Assembly (NCBI GenBank): GCA_016928955.1
Contig: JAFGJV010000019.1
Location: 1 to 35,766, forward strand
Direction: 5' to 3'
DNA from: Spirochaetales bacterium
GTDB lineage: Bacteria > Spirochaetota > Spirochaetia > Treponematales > UBA12059
DNA length: 35,766 nucleotides
The position numbers and the translations under genes are program-made. Positions 35,174-35,766 of the stretch are shown in pieces. The notes beneath the pieces are model-generated. The model searched no databases, was not told the origin of the DNA, and worked only from the letters and a program-made list of their open reading frames with translations. The stretch's first letter is position 1, and the number at the start of each line of letters is the position of its first letter.

Positions 35174-35698
35174 TACTAATACCTGCATAAGTAGTTTATA
35201 ATGTGATATACTATAACAATGAAAGATCACGACGGAAGAAAACTCAGCCACAAAACTCTTGAAGAGATCAGGATCAGAGCAGTAAAGCAAGTAGAAGCTG
35301 GTGAAAGTCCGGAAATTGTCATCAAGACTCTTGGATTTAGTCGTCCATGCATCTATACATGGATTGCTGCATATAGGGAAGGTGGATACGAAGCTCTGAA
35401 AGCAAAAAAGTTGATGGGGCGGCCAACAAAATTAACAGGAAGGCAGCTTCAACAACTCTATCATATTATCGTAAATAAAAGCCCACTTCAGCTCAGGTTT
35501 GCATTCGCATTATGGACCTGTGCATTGATAAGAGAAGTAATAAGGCAGAAGTTTGATGTTAGGCTTTCTGAAGTATCTGTAGGAAGACTATTGAAGAAAC
35601 TGGGATTATCACCTCAGAAGCCACTCTGGCGAGCATATCAACAAGATCCAGAAAAAGTCGAGGCGTATCTGAAAGAAGAGCAAATCCAGTCAAGATAG
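35174..35698 (+). mobile_element. IS630-family element, left end and truncated transposase (HTH region only; ORF 35219-35698)
   Basis: EEIRIRAV..W..YREGG.EALK..GRP.KL..LWT..SVGRLLKKLGLSPQKPLWRAYQQD is a typical IS630 N-terminus; stops at 159 aa; no DDE region seen in the remaining 68 bp; left end tentatively at TA 35174. Confidence 0.85.
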
Positions 35699-35766
35699 AT
35701 TACGCCATTTGGAGGGCGTAATTGCATGAGATATTCTGAGGGTTTCAAGGCATCCATAGTCAAAAA

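Noticed and set aside
35699..35722. Short inverted repeat ATTACGCC...GGCGTAAT after the transposase stop
   Set aside because: Only 8 bp, does not match the putative IS left end, and too close to the window edge to interpret

Overview
GC-rich bacterial chromosomal segment, probably from a spirochaete. This is inferred from the gene repertoire: 7TM-DISM/SpoIIE phosphatase, multi-TM LepB and a DUF438 protein. About 34 kb is densely coding: glnA, an amidohydrolase, a PD-(D/E)XK-like protein, hrpB, a SpoIIE phosphatase, lepB, alkaline phosphatase plus YibE/F, an MtfA-like peptidase, a DUF438/hemerythrin/PAS protein, a Pr6Pr protein, a tandem-SBP lipoprotein plus orphan histidine kinase, MFS, a PNPOx/NimA-like protein, an ABC-2 transporter operon, a CHASE-GGDEF cyclase, trkA-trkH, tldD-pmbA, slyX and a Uup-like ABC-F. 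The most interesting element is non-coding: a ykkC-family riboswitch aptamer at 24261-24388 (- strand). It has non-guanidine (subtype 2-like) features, a candidate promoter, and a plausible RBS-sequestering expression platform in front of an uncharacterised ABC-2 operon. From about 34.1 kb the sequence becomes AT-rich: a lipoprotein gene, a 5'-truncated gene fragment (possible toxin C-terminus/immunity pair), REP/MITE-like palindromes and a truncated IS630 transposase. All family calls come from motif recognition by eye; no database searches were run.
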